Of a DNA stretch of 64,000 nt, positions 24,555 to 38,469 are shown one piece after another (position 1 is the first letter of the stretch; each line of letters starts with the position of its first letter). The stretch is from Mobula hypostoma (taxonomy: Eukaryota): NCBI RefSeq assembly GCF_963921235.1, contig NC_086108.1, positions 14,012,001-14,076,000 of the forward strand, written 5' to 3'. The position numbers and the translations under genes were made by a program. A model generated the notes under the pieces. That model made no database searches, was not told the DNA's origin, and worked only from the letters and a program-made list of their open reading frames with translations.

Positions 24555-25272
24555 AGGTTGATGAAATTCAGTCCAGACAATTATAGGGCAAAGGGAAGTT
24601 ACCTTCAATGGGAGGAGCTGAGTGTTGAGGAACTACAGGAGGACTTTGGAGGGTATATCCCCACGTCTTGTAGATGTTAAGACATTGAGTTCAAAAGTCT
24701 GTAAGTCATGTTGCAGTTTTGTAAAATTCTACTTAGCCCCACCTGGAGTACTGTATACAGTTCTGGTTGCCCCATCACAGGAAGAAAGTCAATGCTTTGG
24801 AGAGGGTGCAGGAAAGGTTTACCACGATTTTGTCTGAATTAGAGGGCATGTGTATAAGGAGAGTCCAGGCAGACTTGGGCTGATTTCTTTGGGAGGCAGA
24901 GGCTGAGGGGAGATCTGATGAGAAAGGCACAAATGGAGTGGACAGGCAATATCTTCTTCCCAGGGCAAGGTATCTAATACTGGAGAACATGCATTCGAGG
25001 TGAGAGGGGGTAATTTCAAAGGAGATGTGAGGGAGGAATATTTTACACACAGAGTTGTGGGTGCCTGAAATGCACAGCCTGGGGTGGGGATGGGGACATT
25101 TAAGAGATGCTTGGATAGGCACATGAATGTGAAGAAAGTGGAAGCATATGGACGTTGTGTAGGCAGAAGTGAGTAGTTTAATCGGCCATTTGATTCCAAA
25201 TGTAATTGGTTCAGCGTGACATTGCGGGCCGAAGAGCCTGTTCCTGTGCTGTACTCTTCTATGTTCTATGTT
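24555..25272 (+). mobile_element. CR1 3' fragment
   Basis: PHLEYCIQFWLPHHRKK-like segment and tail CTGTACTCTTCTATGTTCTATGTT. Confidence 0.8.
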
Positions 25273-25753
25273 AAATCTTTAAAGGGGACTGGACATGTCA
25301 TGAGGTTGCTCGAGAACTACAGAGGGTTCCTGGACAAGGAATAGAATATGAAAAGAGAGGATTATGCTGGAACTGTATCCACACAGTTTAGTCCACAGCT
25401 GGAACGCAGCATAGAGGTAAGATTACCAGGCTGCAGGGAAGACGTGATCGCACGAAGAGGATGCAGATGAAATTCATTAGCATATTGCCAAGGCTGGGAA
25501 TCTGTCCTCGAGCAAAATTAGAAGGACTGCAGTTGTTTTCCTTGGAACAGCAGAGGCTGAGAGGAGAATTAAATGAAGTGGATCGAGATATGAGGTTAGA
25601 GTAAATAAAGAGGACCCATTTCCTTGAGCAGATGGTCATAACCAAGGAATTGGTATACAGTAGAGGAGAGTTGAGGAAAGGATCCCTCACCCAGCGTCTG
25701 GTGGGGAAAGAAACTCATTGCCCTAAAGTATAATGGAGACAGAAAACCCCATC

Positions 25754-26399
25754 GCGTGAGGCGGGAGAAGATGGCAGCTCGACGCAGCACGCGCAGTTCT
25801 CCGGTGAAATGATATTGTATCCGTTAAATAGGGGCCGTGGACAATTCTGATTTGATGAAGACAGACGTGAGAAGCAGAGGAACATCTGGAGAAATTTCTG
25901 AAATGCCTGGTTCGCTGCTGTTGTTACTGTGCGATCAAGAATCTCCGGAGGGTAGGCCCCAAAATCCCCAGCTTTGCCTGCTGCTGGCAACCGAGGCTGA
26001 GGTTGAAGCGTTCGGATAGAGATGGTGCTCGGTACTCAGTGTCGGAGGGCTGATCAGAGCTCAAAGTTTTCGGACGACTCAGAGTCGGAATGCGGTCGGG
26101 CATGGCAGGGAGAGTTTTCTTCCTTCTCCCGTCTGTGTGAGACGTGGGACTTTAGAGAAACTTTGAACTTTTTTACTGTGCCATGGTCTGTTCTTCATCA
26201 AGTTATGGTATTGTTGCACTGTTGCCACTATATGTTATAATTACGTGGTTTTGTTAGTTTTTCAGTCTTGGTCTGTCCTGTGTTTTTGTGATATCACACC
26301 GGAGGAATATTGTATCATTTTTTAATGCATGCATTACTAAATCACAATAAAAGAGGACTGTGTGTCCTCATAATCTAATCTAATCTAATAATCTAATCT
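25754..26399 (+). mobile_element. CpG-rich non-autonomous retroposon with a (TAATC)n tail
   Basis: Starts GAGGCGGGAGAAGATGGCAGC.., has no long ORF and no tRNA boxes, and ends AATAAAAGAGGACTG..TAATCTAATCTAATCTAATAATCTAATCT. It interrupts an old CR1 3' end. Confidence 0.65.
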
Positions 26400-26829
26400 C
26401 ATAGTGCCAGGATATTTACCGGAGGGACGATGGGCGAACGCTGGGAGGTGAGGGGGCAGAGTGGTTGTCTGTCTTTTTAAACTAGCCTAAGAACCTAAGG
26501 ACGATTGGTTGACAATTGTGTCAAGAGTTTTCTATGAGTCAGCAACTAATTGTTTAACATTCAGAGAAAAAGTATGATGAGTTAGATGTTCAACAGTGGG
26601 TAAATTATTGGATTTTTTTTATGGAATGTACACCAAAAGTTGTGAAACTGATGTAGGAGATATGATTGGAAAACGACACTGGTGAAACAAGGCAACATGT
26701 TACAGGCAGCTTACAAAATCTTCTAAATATACTTCTGAACTACTCTCACCACAATCTGCAGCCTGTAATTTCCCATTAAGTAACATACTTTTGAACCATC
26801 TGAATGAACTGGCGATTTCACTACTTTCG

Positions 26830-29800
26830 AGGGGACTGACTGGACTTAACTCTCAAGCTTGCAGGTGTGGCACCTTTGAGTGAACAAATGAGGAATTGCT
26901 AAAAATCTGTATTTCACTCTGGGTATGCCACTTATGCTTCCTGACACACCAGAGAAGGAAGTAGGTGGGGGGGGGGGCGATCTGTGTTTAATGATATAAA
27001 CTTTGTGGTGCTCAGATGCAGTGGTCTTGTCACATTCTTGTTACCCCGACCTGGCACATCTGCTGATTAATTGCTGACCATTCTACTTACCTGGAGAGCT
27101 CTCCTCTGTGATCCTAACTGCTGCTCACATGCTGCCAAAGGCCAATGTTAAGCAGGTGCTCAGGTAATGAATGCCACCATCAGCAAAGAAGAAATCATTG
27201 TTGGGGACTTCATTCAGGTTGTTCGAAGAAATCTCTGCCCAATTATCATCAACGTTATCATCTGCAGCACCAGGGGGTCCCAACACAGTCGACCACTGCT
27301 GTACTATGATTGGAACTGCCTACTGTTCAATCTGATCACTTAGCTGCCCTCTTTTCTCTTCTTTTTTCTCTCCAGCCCTGATGAAGGCCCAAAACGTCGA
27401 CTGTACTCTTTTCCATAGATGCTGCCTGGCCTCCTGAGTTCCTCCAGCATTTTGTGTGTGTTACTTGCATACAGGTAAAATAAATACACCCACAATTGTC
27501 ACAGGCTTTATAAAAACACAAGTGTGTCCCCACAAAATCATTCAGAGTCTTCCCTAATCAGAAGTCCTGGATAAACCAAGAGATCCACAATCTGTTGAGG
27601 GCCAGAGCAGTGGCATTCAGGTCTGGTGACCAAGTAAGATACAAGAGGTCCAGGTATGATATCAGGAAAGCACCTCGTGTTGAGCGGCAATTTCGGACCT
27701 AACTCGAATCACCAAAGGATGCTCAACAGCTGTGGCAGGGCTTGAATGCTATCACCTCCTACAAAGTGAAACTAGGCAACAAGGTTTAGCTCCCAGGTGA
27801 GCTCAATGCCTTTTAAGCTCGCTTTGACAGTCAAAACATGGAGGCACCTTTGCAAACTCCCACAGGCCTCGATGACCCTGTGATCTCAGACTCTGAGGCC
27901 GACATGAGAGCATCCTTCAGGAGGGTGAACCCACAGAAAGCATCTGGCACAAATGAAATACCTGGCCGAGTACTAAAGACATGTGCTAAAGAGTCCTTCG
28001 ATACCTCTTGCTTCAACAGTCTGAGGTACCCACCTGCTTCAAGCAGGCTTCAATTACACCAGTGTCTAAGAAGATCTCTTGCTTCAACAGTCTGAGGTAC
28101 CCGCCTGCTTCAATTACACCGGTGTCTAAGAAGAACATGGGACCTTGCCTCAATGACTGTCATCCAGTAGCACTTACCTCCACGGTGATGAAGTGTGTTA
28201 AGGGGTTTGGCGATGAAACATATTAACTCCTGCCGGAGAAGCAACTTTCATCTGCTACAATTTGCCTACCATCACGACAGGTCAACAGCAGATGCCATTT
28301 CACTGGCTCTTGACTCAATCCTGAAACACCTGGACAGCAAAGATGCATGCTTCAGGATACTCTTCATTGACTACAGCCATGCATTCAATACCATCATCTC
28401 CTCAAAATTAACTAATAAGTTTCAAGACCTATTACTCAGTACCCGCTTGTGCAATTGGATCCTTGATTTCCACACTTGCAGACCCAGTCAGTTCACATTG
28501 GCAACAACATCTCCTCCACAATCTCCATCAGCACTGGTACACCACAAGGCTGTGTGCTTAGCCCCCTGCTCTACTTGCTTTACACTTACAACTGTGTGGC
28601 TAAGCATAGCTCCAACGCCATATTTACGTTTGCTAATGACGCCACTGTCACAGACTGAATCAAAGGTGGTGACAAATCAGCATATAGGAAGGAGATCTGG
28701 TTGAGTAGTGCCACCAGAACAACTTCTAGCTCAGTGCCAGCAAGACCAAGGAGCTGATTATTGACTTCAGAAGGAGGAAACCAGAGGTCCATGGGCCAGT
28801 CTGCATCAGGGATCAGAGGTGGAAAGAGTTAGCAACTTAAAATTCTTCAATGTTATCATTTCAGAGGACCTACCCTAGGTCCAGCACATAAGAGCCATTA
28901 TGAAGAAAGGATGGCAGCACCTCTACTTCCTTGAGGTTTGCGAAGATTCAGCATGACAGCTTAAACTTTGACAAACTTCTCTAAATGTGTAGTAGAGAGT
29001 GTATTGACTGGTTGCATCACAGACTGGTATGGAAACAACAATGCCCTTGAATAGAAAATCCTACAAAAGGTAGTGGATACAGCCCAGTCCACCACGGTTA
29101 AAGCCCTCCCCACCATTGTGCACATCTTCACGGAGCAATGTCACAGGAAAGCAGCATCCATCATCAAGGACATCCACAATCCAGTTCATGCTCTCATCTT
29201 GCTGCGGGAAGAAGGTACAGAAGCCTCAGGATCCACACAAGCAGGTTCAGGAACAGTTATTATTCCTCAACCATCAGGGTTTGAGCCAGAGGCATAGCTT
29301 CATTTGACTTCACTCCTCCCATCACTGAACTGTTCCTGCAACCTACAGATTCAGTTTCAAGGAATTTTCATTTCATGTTCTCAATATTTATTGCATGTTA
29401 TTTATTATTATTATTATTTCTTTTTATATTTGCACAGTTTGTTGTCTTTTGCACACTGATTGTTTGTCCTGTTGGGTGCATTCAGTAGTAGTAGTAGTAG
29501 TAGTCGTCATACTTTATTGATCCCAGGGGGAAATTGGTTTTCGTTATAGTTGCACCATAAATAATAAATAGTAATAGAACCATAAATAGTTAAATAGTAA
29601 TATGTAAATTATGCCAGTAAATTATGAAATAAGTCCAGGACCAGCCTATCGGCTCAGGGTGTCTGACCCTCCAAGGGAGGAGTTGTAAAGCTTGATGGCC
29701 ACAGGCAGGAATGACTTTCACTGGTTCTATTGTTCTTGTACTTACGTGCGACTGCCTGCAAGGGAGTGAGTCTCAGGGTTGTATGTGGTGACATTTACGC

Positions 29801-29830
29801 ACTTTGATCATGAATTTACTTTGAATTTTG
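26830..29830 (+). mobile_element. Rex1/Babar LINE, long decayed copy with nested PLE and LINE-tail inserts
   Basis: EN PFYLPGELSSVILTAA (~27078-27125), [32 protein letters not shown] and TGTPQGCVLSPLLYLLYTYNC..FANDATV. Confidence 0.88.
27338..27463 (+). mobile_element. PLE pseudo-LTR end fragment with a damaged hammerhead
   Basis: CAGCC-CTGATGA-AGGCCC-AAAACGTC-GACTG (27373-27403), then GATGCTGCCTGGCCTCCTGAGTTCCTCCAGCATTTTGTGTGTG. Confidence 0.75.
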
Positions 29831-32610
29831 AACCTTGAAGAAAGAAATTTGCAAATGATACAAAAGAATCCTGATAAGGATTTCAACACAAAGCATCCAC
29901 AGATGTTGATCAACTCGCCTTGTTCCTCTAGCAGATTTTTGCTGCTCCAGATTCATCTGTGGTCTCTTGTGATATTGTAGAAGAGATTTGGACTGTAAGA
30001 ACTAATCAATGGAATAGTCGTGTGGGAAAGATAATGTAATCCAACACAGGGAAGGGTGAGGTAATATGTTCTGGGAGGCCAAAGAAGGGAATGGTCGTAT
30101 GTTTAACTATAGGCAAGAGCATTCTGATAGTGTTTATTTTCAATTCCCTGAAGGAAGCAAAACAAGTGGTAAATTCAAAAGCGAAAACCCGCAGATTAAA
30201 GCAGAAATGCTGGAACTGCTCAACAGTTCAGGCAGCATCTGTCAAAAGTGAAACAGTCAATGCTTCAGATTAATGATTCTTCAACAAAGAGAGAAAACAA
30301 GTCAGATTTTAGTAGAAGAGGTGAGGGAGAGATGATAGAACAAAGGAAACACCTCAGATAGGATAAATCCGGATGCCCAAATGCAGTTAAGTAGCATATA
30401 ATGCTTCTTTGTTTAATGAGTTGTTAATGTTGGCAATACACAGGTCTCAGTAAATAAATAAGTTTCATAAAAGATAAGGTAACAAAGAGACAGTCTGAAA
30501 TGATTTTGGAATTCTGAAGGCAGAGACGGTCTGAAGCTGAGGTGAAGACTCTTGGCTGAAGAAACAGGAACAGCTCAATGAATAGATCAACAACCTGGTC
30601 ACAAAGTTTTAGAGTGACGTGGTTAAACAGCATGGAAAGAGGCCCTTCAGTGCAACTGGTGCAAGGTTTATCTAAGTGAGTCTCACTTCTCCACATTTGG
30701 CCCATACTCTCCTATCCTATCCATCTGTCTGTCCAAGGGCCTTTTAAATGTTGTTATTGTACCTGTAGCCACCACTTCCTCTGGCAACTCATTCCATGTA
30801 CTCGCCACTCTCTAAATGGAAAAAGTTTTCAAAGTCTCTCCCCTCTCACCTTAATCCCATACCCTCTTGTTCTTGAATCCCTAACACAGGGAAAAAGACT
30901 AAGTGCATTGACCATTATAATTTTATAAACCTCTATAAGATCACCCATCATTGTCCTTTGCTCCGGTGAGTAAAATCCCAACCTACTCAACCTCTCCTCC
31001 ATAGCTCAACTTTCAAGTTTTCTCTTTCCAATTCTGATGAAGGTTCCCAGACCTGAAACTCTATCTCTTTTTCCATACCCAAACTGCTGAGTGTCTCAAT
31101 TCATTTTATTCTTTTATTAGGAGTCAGTGTTGGGTGTCAATGCTCCCTCAGACAAATGGCATTTCTCTGCTACTATTTTGTGATTCGGGACTGAGACAGC
31201 ATAATCCGGGTGCTTCCCTGACATATAGCATAGCCACAGCAGACTCCAAACATTTCAAAAGTAATTATCTTTGCCAAGTAGCACCAGTTCCTCACAGCCA
31301 ACTCTTTCTCCACTCACTGCCTGATGTTGATGATCCTCTGTCAGCACAGGTGGGACAGGGGCTGGGGGGGTGGGGGGGGGAAACGTTTCATACTGCTATC
31401 TCCTGAATTTTTCATGTGAGCTGAACACATGGTGCTCGCAGGATGGAAGGCCAATTGTCAACAGTGAAACGGTGGCGCCCAACCAGCACTGATTAACATG
31501 ATAAGCTGTTTAGTTTGAGCACTTTCAGCAGGTGCAGCCCACTTCCTCCTCAACGTGACAGAAGGTGCCAGACGGGCTGAAGACGTGCAACTACCACTCA
31601 AAACCTTCCATCCAAGTGGACTTGGGAGAGCCTACTTTATGGTTATACAGATGGCATTGGGGTATTTCTCTAGAGCAGTGGAGATTCAATAGAAGTATAT
31701 AAAATTATGTGAGGCCTGGAGACACAGACAGTGTCTTTTACCCAGGATTGAAATGTCTAATGTTCAAGGGTGAGAGAGGAAAAGTACAAAGAAGATATGC
31801 AAAGCAAGTTTTTTACTCAGAGTAATGGGTGGCTGGATTACTCTGCCATGGGTAGTGGTGGTGGGAGATCGCATAGGGGCTCTTATGAGACTCTTAGACA
31901 GGGACATGAATACACAGAAATGGGAGTGATATTGTCACTGTGCAGAGATAAAGGACTAGATTAATTAGGAGTCATTGATCTAACTCGTTTACCACAACAT
32001 CGTGGGTTCTGTGCTATACAGATCTGGTCACATAATACATTTTGGGTTTCTTCTTTCTCATTCAGTCAATGAACATGGGCAACGAGGCCCATCCCATCCT
32101 CCCTGGAGAAGGCGGTGCTGAGGTTCTGTAGACCTTGTGCTCTCACAGTGCTGTTACTTGCCTGGTGATGGAGCAGGTCTGCAAAAGAGGTAATTGCAGG
32201 AGGTTTTATCCTATTGTCCCGTTCTGAGTGGTGGAGGTGACAGGTTGGGGAGGTGCGGCCAGAGCAGGCTGCTTGAGTAACTGTGTGCCAGTGTTTAGGC
32301 AGGGGGCAAGTGTCTGGATGAAGGAGAGCTTCTTGAGTGTGGATCCTCTATACTCCAGAGCAAAGCATGGCAAAAAGAATTTAATCTTAATAGATGCAAG
32401 GTGATGAAGTTTGGGAAGTTTTATAAGGGTTGATAGGGCATACAGTTGAAGTATATTAAGGAGCTGGGGAACCTTGGTGTACAAGTTCACAGATGCCCAA
32501 AGCTGTCAGCACAGAAAAGACGTAATGCTTCAAACGTAAACAATTACAGCACAGGAACAGACCCTTTGGCCATTGATGTTCTACCAAACTAGTTAAACTA
32601 GTAATTAACT

Positions 32611-33134
32611 TTCTTTCTTTATTAATCTTTTTATTGTTTTAAAAGGAGCATAAATACAATCAAGAGGAGAATTATCTCAAATATATATATCAGTAACAAT
32701 ATAAACCGAGATTAAGATAGACATTGTCAAAATGATAGATATTGTTAAACTAGTATAAAATATACAATAAAAATGAAAATAGCAATTCTCCTCTTATCAG
32801 TTTATGGAGAGAAAAGGAAAAACATTGAGTTTTAAACGAAAAGAAAAAAAACCCCACTACACTATAGAAAAAAAACACACAAAAAAGGGACTGGGCAGTC
32901 CATTTTGAGGATACAACCAAAAAAAAAAAGAAAGAAAGACTTTCCGATCAAATCTAAAACTTCTGGAAAAAAAAATTGAGAGAGTAATAAGTCAAATTAA
33001 ATGAAAATATTGGATAAAAGGTCGCCAGGTTTGCTCAAATTTAAAGGATGTATCAAATGCCCGACTTCTTATTTTCTCTAAACTTAAACAGGACATAATG
33101 GAGGCGAGCCAATAAAAGACCGTAGGTGGATTAG
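32611..33134 (-). mobile_element. 5'-truncated L1/Tx1-type LINE (related to 1670-2528)
   Basis: 17-bp TSD TAAACTAGTAATTAACT at 32594-32610 and 33135-33151. (AAAG)n tail. The C-terminus reads LSLEKIRSRAFDTSFKFEQTWRPFIQYFHLI*. Confidence 0.88.
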
Positions 33135-33714
33135 TAAACTAGTAATTAACTGTTTAACTAAACTAATCCCTTCTGCCTACGTGATGTCCATAACCCTCCA
33201 TTCTCTACAAATGCACGTACCTCTCTAAGAGCCTCTACCAGCCCTGGCAGCACCTTCCAGACACCCACCTCTCTCTGTGTATAAAGAAAAACCCATTAAT
33301 AGATGCTTGCCTTCACAAACTGGTGCATGGACGTAAGAGCAGAGGGGTCATAGTGCAGCTTTCAAAAACTTATGCTCAGCCACTATGGAAAGGATGTGAT
33401 TACACTGGAGAAGATGCAGAGGAGAATCGCCAGGATGTTGCCTGGAATGAAACGTTTCAGTTATGAGGAGGAGACTGAAGGCTAATCTGATAGGGGTGTA
33501 TAAAATGATGAGAGGATTAGATAGTTTAGAGAGTAGTAAACTCTTCCCCTAACAGAGGCATATAAAACCAGAGAAGTAAAAGATTGACAATTGATTTATT
33601 ATTGCTACACCTACCAAGATAAATAAAAGCTTATGTTTTGCATGCCATCCAGACAGATCATGCTATACGTAAATTCATCAAGGAAGGAAGGAAACAAATA
33701 ACAGAATGCAGAAT

Positions 33715-35130
33715 ATAGAACAGAGAACATTACGGCACAGTACAGGCCCTTTGGCTTATGATGTTGTGCTGACCTTTTAACGCACTCTAAGATCCTCCAT
33801 TGCCTTTCATTTTTCTGTCATTAAAGTGTCTATTTGAGAGATTCTTAAGTGTCCTGAATGTATCTGCCTCTACCACCATCTCTGTCACGTGTTCCATGCA
33901 CCCACCACTCTCTGTGTAACAAACTTCCCTCTGACATCCCCCCTCTACTTTCCTTCAATTGCCTAAAAATTATGCCCTCTGTATTAGCCATTTCTATCCT
34001 GGGAAAAAGTCTCTGACTGTCCACTCAGTCTATGGCTCTTATAATCTTGTACACCTCTACCAAGTCACCTCTCATCCTCCTTCACTCCAAAGAGAAAACC
34101 TATAGACTAATTTCATAAGGCATGCTCTCTAATCCAGGTGGCATCCAGGTAGATCTCCTTTGCACCCTCTCTAAAGCTTTCACATCCTTCCTATAATGAA
34201 GCAACCAAAACTAAATACAATATTCCAAGGCTGGCTTAACCAGGGTTTTATAGAGTTGCAACATTACCTCACAGCTCTTGAACAAAATCACACAAATAAT
34301 GAAGACCATCACACCATACAATCTTCTTAACAATCCTATCAACTTGCATGGCATGTTGACTTGGACCCCAACATCACTCCGTTCCTCCCTCCACACTGAC
34401 AAGAGTTTTGCCACTAACCCTGTATTCTGCCTTCAAATTTGACCTTCCAAAATGAATCTATCGCTTCAGAATTTTACAGGTTGAACACCATTTGCCACTT
34501 CTCAGCATACCTCTGCATCCTGTTAATGTTCTGCTGCAACCTGCAACAACCCTGCACACTATCCACAACTCCACCAACCTTCGTGTCATCTGTACCCACA
34601 CTTCCACTTCCTCATCCAGCTCATTTATAGATATCACAAAGAGCAAGTGTCTCAGATCGGATCCCTGAGGAACACAACTGGTCGTCGGCCTCCAGACAGA
34701 TGATGCTCCATCTGCTACCACCCTCTGCCTCTATGGGCAAGCCAATTTTGAATCCACACAGCTGTTTCCCTGGATCCCACGCCTCCTGACTTTCTCAAGG
34801 AGCCCACTATATGGGACTTCTATCAAGTGCCTAACCAAAATCCATATACACCTCATCCATCATTGTATTGTCTTCAATGTGCTTTGTCACATCCTCAAAG
34901 AATTCACTCAGACTCCTAAGGCCTGACCTGTCCCTCACAAAGCCACGCTGGCTATCCCTAATCAGACTGTGCTTCTCCAAATGCTCGTAAATCCTGTCTC
35001 CAAGAATCTTTTCCAATAATATGCCCACCACTGAAGTAAGACTCACTGGTCTATAATTCCCAGGGTTAGCCCTACTCCCTTTCTTGAACAAAGGAATAAC
35101 ATTTTGCACCCCCCCCCATTACCTGCTGCT
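33715..35130 (-). mobile_element. CR1 RT and 3' end
   Basis: [53 protein letters not shown] and VMLQLYKTLVKPALEYC. Confidence 0.88.
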
Positions 35131-35924
35131 ACTTCTGTGTTATAGTAACAGAGGAAGTGAAGAGCAGCTAGACAACATGGATGTTGAGAGTTTATCTTTG
35201 CCATATAAGAAATCTATTCAAGAGTCTCATAACAGTGAATAGAAGCTGTCCTTGAACCAGATAGTACGTATTTTCAGTCTTTAGCATTTTCTACCCAATA
35301 GGCAGTGGGGGGAATGACCAGGGCAAGGGTGAGCTTTGATTATGTTGGCGGCTTTCACGAGGCAGTGGGGAGTGTAGGTGGAGTCAATGGACGGGAAGTT
35401 GTTTTTGTGCTGGGCTGGGCTGCATTCACAACTCTCTGTAATTTCTTGTGGTCTTGAGCGTACAAAGCTGCTGTGCATTTGGGTAGATGCTTTGTATGTT
35501 CACCAGTAAAAATTGTGAGTGTCATCGGGGACTTGCTGAATTTCCTCAGATTTATAGAAGATTTGAAAAATGATATTTTCACCCAGGATCGAATCCGCTT
35601 GAGAGGTGGCGGAGGTAGGTACTCTCACAATATTGAAAATGATAGGCATGAGTATTTGAATCACGGGCTGCAGACCAAGTGCTGGTACATGGTATGAATC
35701 TAGATAAGTACTTGGTGATTGATGATATGAAGGGCCAAATGGCTGGTTTTTGTGCCGTGGGACTGTAACTGCTGCGAACTCTCTGCTGTAACCTGCGTTG
35801 TTCTCTCTCGGGAGAATGAATGGAATTTGCTGAAGGCTGTTTTTTCTTTGATGTTGGGACTGCAAGAATCTCAAGAGGGAAGCTGGTTGCAGTTGCTGTA
35901 TCCATCTTTCATACTCATCTGATT

Positions 35925-36140
35925 CTGCAACCATTCTCGGTTGTAGTCATCAAAGTTCACCTCTCAGTACATCTTGTGTCCTCTTCATTCGAATGTTGTT
36001 CAATATGGAGGAGTAATGACTCATTAAATGAAGGAGGCAGGAAGATGATAATCAACAGGAGCTTTCTTTGCCAGTGACTGTGAAGGTGTTCTTCAGGATA
36101 TTGGCCTGAAGGTAGGATTCTGTGAGTCTGACAGCACCTG
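35925..36140 (-). mobile_element. Highly decayed LINE APE-endonuclease fragment (CR1 group)
   Basis: KLLLIIIFLPPSFNESLLLHIEQH, and in another frame VNFDDYNREWL, resemble the YRPPS...GDFNxHHxEWL endonuclease motifs. Confidence 0.55.
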
Positions 36141-36399
36141 CCTCCTGCTATTCCATGAGTAGGAGACCTCTGCATTAGGGCAGGTCCATTGAAGGTCAAG
36201 AAGATGAGTTTCCAGGACTGGCTGGGCTTGGTGTGCCTTTCGTGTGACACTGAATCTAATGCTACGTGATCTGATTCTTATGGTTATTTACTTTGGCAGA
36301 AGTTGTTTGAAACAAAGGTTGAAGTTTGTGAGGCAGAGGATCTGGATCTTGAGGGCGGGGCAGCTGTAGCGGTCCAATTGGAACCAGAGCACAAGGACA

Positions 36400-38085
36400 G
36401 CTCGGGAGAGGGTCAGACCACTCAAGGATAGAGGTGGATCATTTGATTGTATGTAGAGAATGTAGTGAGTTCATTAATCAGTACTTTACAGCACCATTTG
36501 CCAAGCAAAAGGATATTGAGGATAGGGAGATCAGTGCTGAGTGTTTTGATATGCGAGGGCATTTCGAGGTAAAGGAGGAGGTAATGTTGGGTCCCTTAAG
36601 GAGCATTAAGGTGGATAAGTCCCCAGGATCTGATGGGATATTGAGAAAAGCAAGGGAAGAGATTGCTGGGACCTATACCAGTATCTTTATGTCCTTTCCA
36701 GTCACAAGTGAGGTCCCAGAGGACTGGTGATAGGCTAATGTTGTTCCATTCTTCAAGAGGGAACCAGGGATAATCCTGGAAAATATAGATGGGAGATTCT
36801 CATGTCAGTGGTAGAGAAGTTACTGGAGAGAATTTTTAGGGACAGGATTTATGAGCATTTGGAAAACCACGGAATAATTAAGGAGAGCCATATGACTGAG
36901 TTTTTTCATGAGATGATGAGGGTGATTGATGAAAATAGAACAGTGGATGTCATCTACGTGGATTTTAGTAAGGTGCTTGACAAGGTCCCTCATGGGATGC
37001 TCATCCAGAAGATTAAGATGCATGGGATCCATAGTGAGTTGGCCATTTGAATTCAGAATTGGCTTTCTCACAGAAGGCAGAGGGTAGTGGTTGAAGTGAC
37101 TTATTCCAGCTGGAGGTCTGTGATTAGTGGTGTTCTGCAGGGATCTGTACTGGGACCTCTGCTGTTTGTGATGTATATAAATGACATGGATGAAAATGTA
37201 AATAGATGGGTTAGTAAGTTTACAGATGATACAAAGGTTGGTGGTATTGTGGATGGCAGGTAAGACTGGCAAATAATACAGTGGGATATAGATTATCTGA
37301 GATATGGGTGGAGAAATGGCAGAAGCAGTTTAACTCATAAATGTGAAGTCTTACACCTTGGTAGGTCAAATGTAAACAGACAGTACACAGTTATGGTCAA
37401 GAACCTTACCAGCATTGATGAGCAGAGGGATCTTGTGGCCCACTTTCATAGCTCACTGAAAGTTGCTAAATAAGTTGATAGGGTTGTTAAGAAGGCATAT
37501 CGCGTGTTTGCTTTTATTAGTTGAGGCACTGAGTTCAAAACTCGGGAAGTTATGTGGCAGCTTTATAAAACTCTAGTTAGGCATACAGTTGTGGTCACCC
37601 CATTACAGGGTGGATGTCGGGGCAATGGAGAGGGTACAGAACAGATTTACCTGGATTAGAGGTCATGAGCTATAATGAAAAGTTGGACAAACTTGGTTTG
37701 CATTCTCTGGAGCAGCAGAGGCTAAGTGAAGATTTGATAGAGGTTTATAAGATTATGAGAGGCATAGGCAGAGTAGACAGACAATATCCTTTTCCAAGGG
37801 TTGAAATGTCTAATACCAGAGGGCATGTATTTAAGGTGAGAGGGGCTAATTTCAAAGGAGATATGAGGGGCAATTTTATTTTACACAGAGAGTGGTGCTG
37901 AAAAGCACTGCCTGGGGTGGTGGCAGATGCAGAAAGACTGGAGACTTTTAGGAGATGTCTAGATAGACACATGGAAGGATATGGACATTGTGTTGACAGA
38001 AGAGATTAATTTAGTTAGCCATTTGATTCCTAATTTACCAGCTTTAGCACAACATTGTGGGCTGTGCTGTACATTTTATGTTATA
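36400..38085 (+). mobile_element. CR1 RT and 3' end
   Basis: IKVDKSPGSDG..AREEIAG..VPEDW, VIYVDFSKVLDKVPHG and LGLHSLEQQRLSEDLIEVYKIMRG. Confidence 0.88.
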
Positions 38086-38469
38086 TGAATACTGGTGAAC
38101 TAGATGGAATTTTACAGCACAATAGTTTCATGGCATCCATTAGGGACGCCAGTATTATCGTCAGATTACTTAATTAACTGAATTTAAATTTCCTACTAGC
38201 TGTGTGGGTTCAGATTTATAATTCCAGCTTATTATTCTTGGTCTCTGGATAAGTTGTTCAGTAACAAAATCACTGTTGCAATAAATTGGATTATAACACT
38301 TCTGTACATAGAAGAAAGTATATTTTTGAGCAATATTTTTCTGGATACAGCACACAGGTGTAAAAATCCAGTGAAAACAGAGCATTTAAGAAAACACTGC
38401 ATGTAATGCACAAAGCTCACAGTGTAAACAATTGCAGGAAACAAAACACACCAACAGGGTGGTCTTCAA

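Noticed and set aside
27091..27131. Minus-strand micro-exon with a perfect CAG|GTAAGT donor
   Set aside because: The plus strand reads PFYLPGELSSVILTAA, which is Rex1 endonuclease sequence, so the splice signal is incidental.
31510..31670. Plus-strand exon candidate (GAAHFLLNVTEG..)
   Set aside because: No recognisable homologue, no convincing donor, and it runs into a CR1 fragment.
35500..36250. Cluster of 97-144-aa ORFs that looked like host exons
   Set aside because: The core matches a decayed LINE endonuclease across frames, and the flanks run into other repeat fragments.
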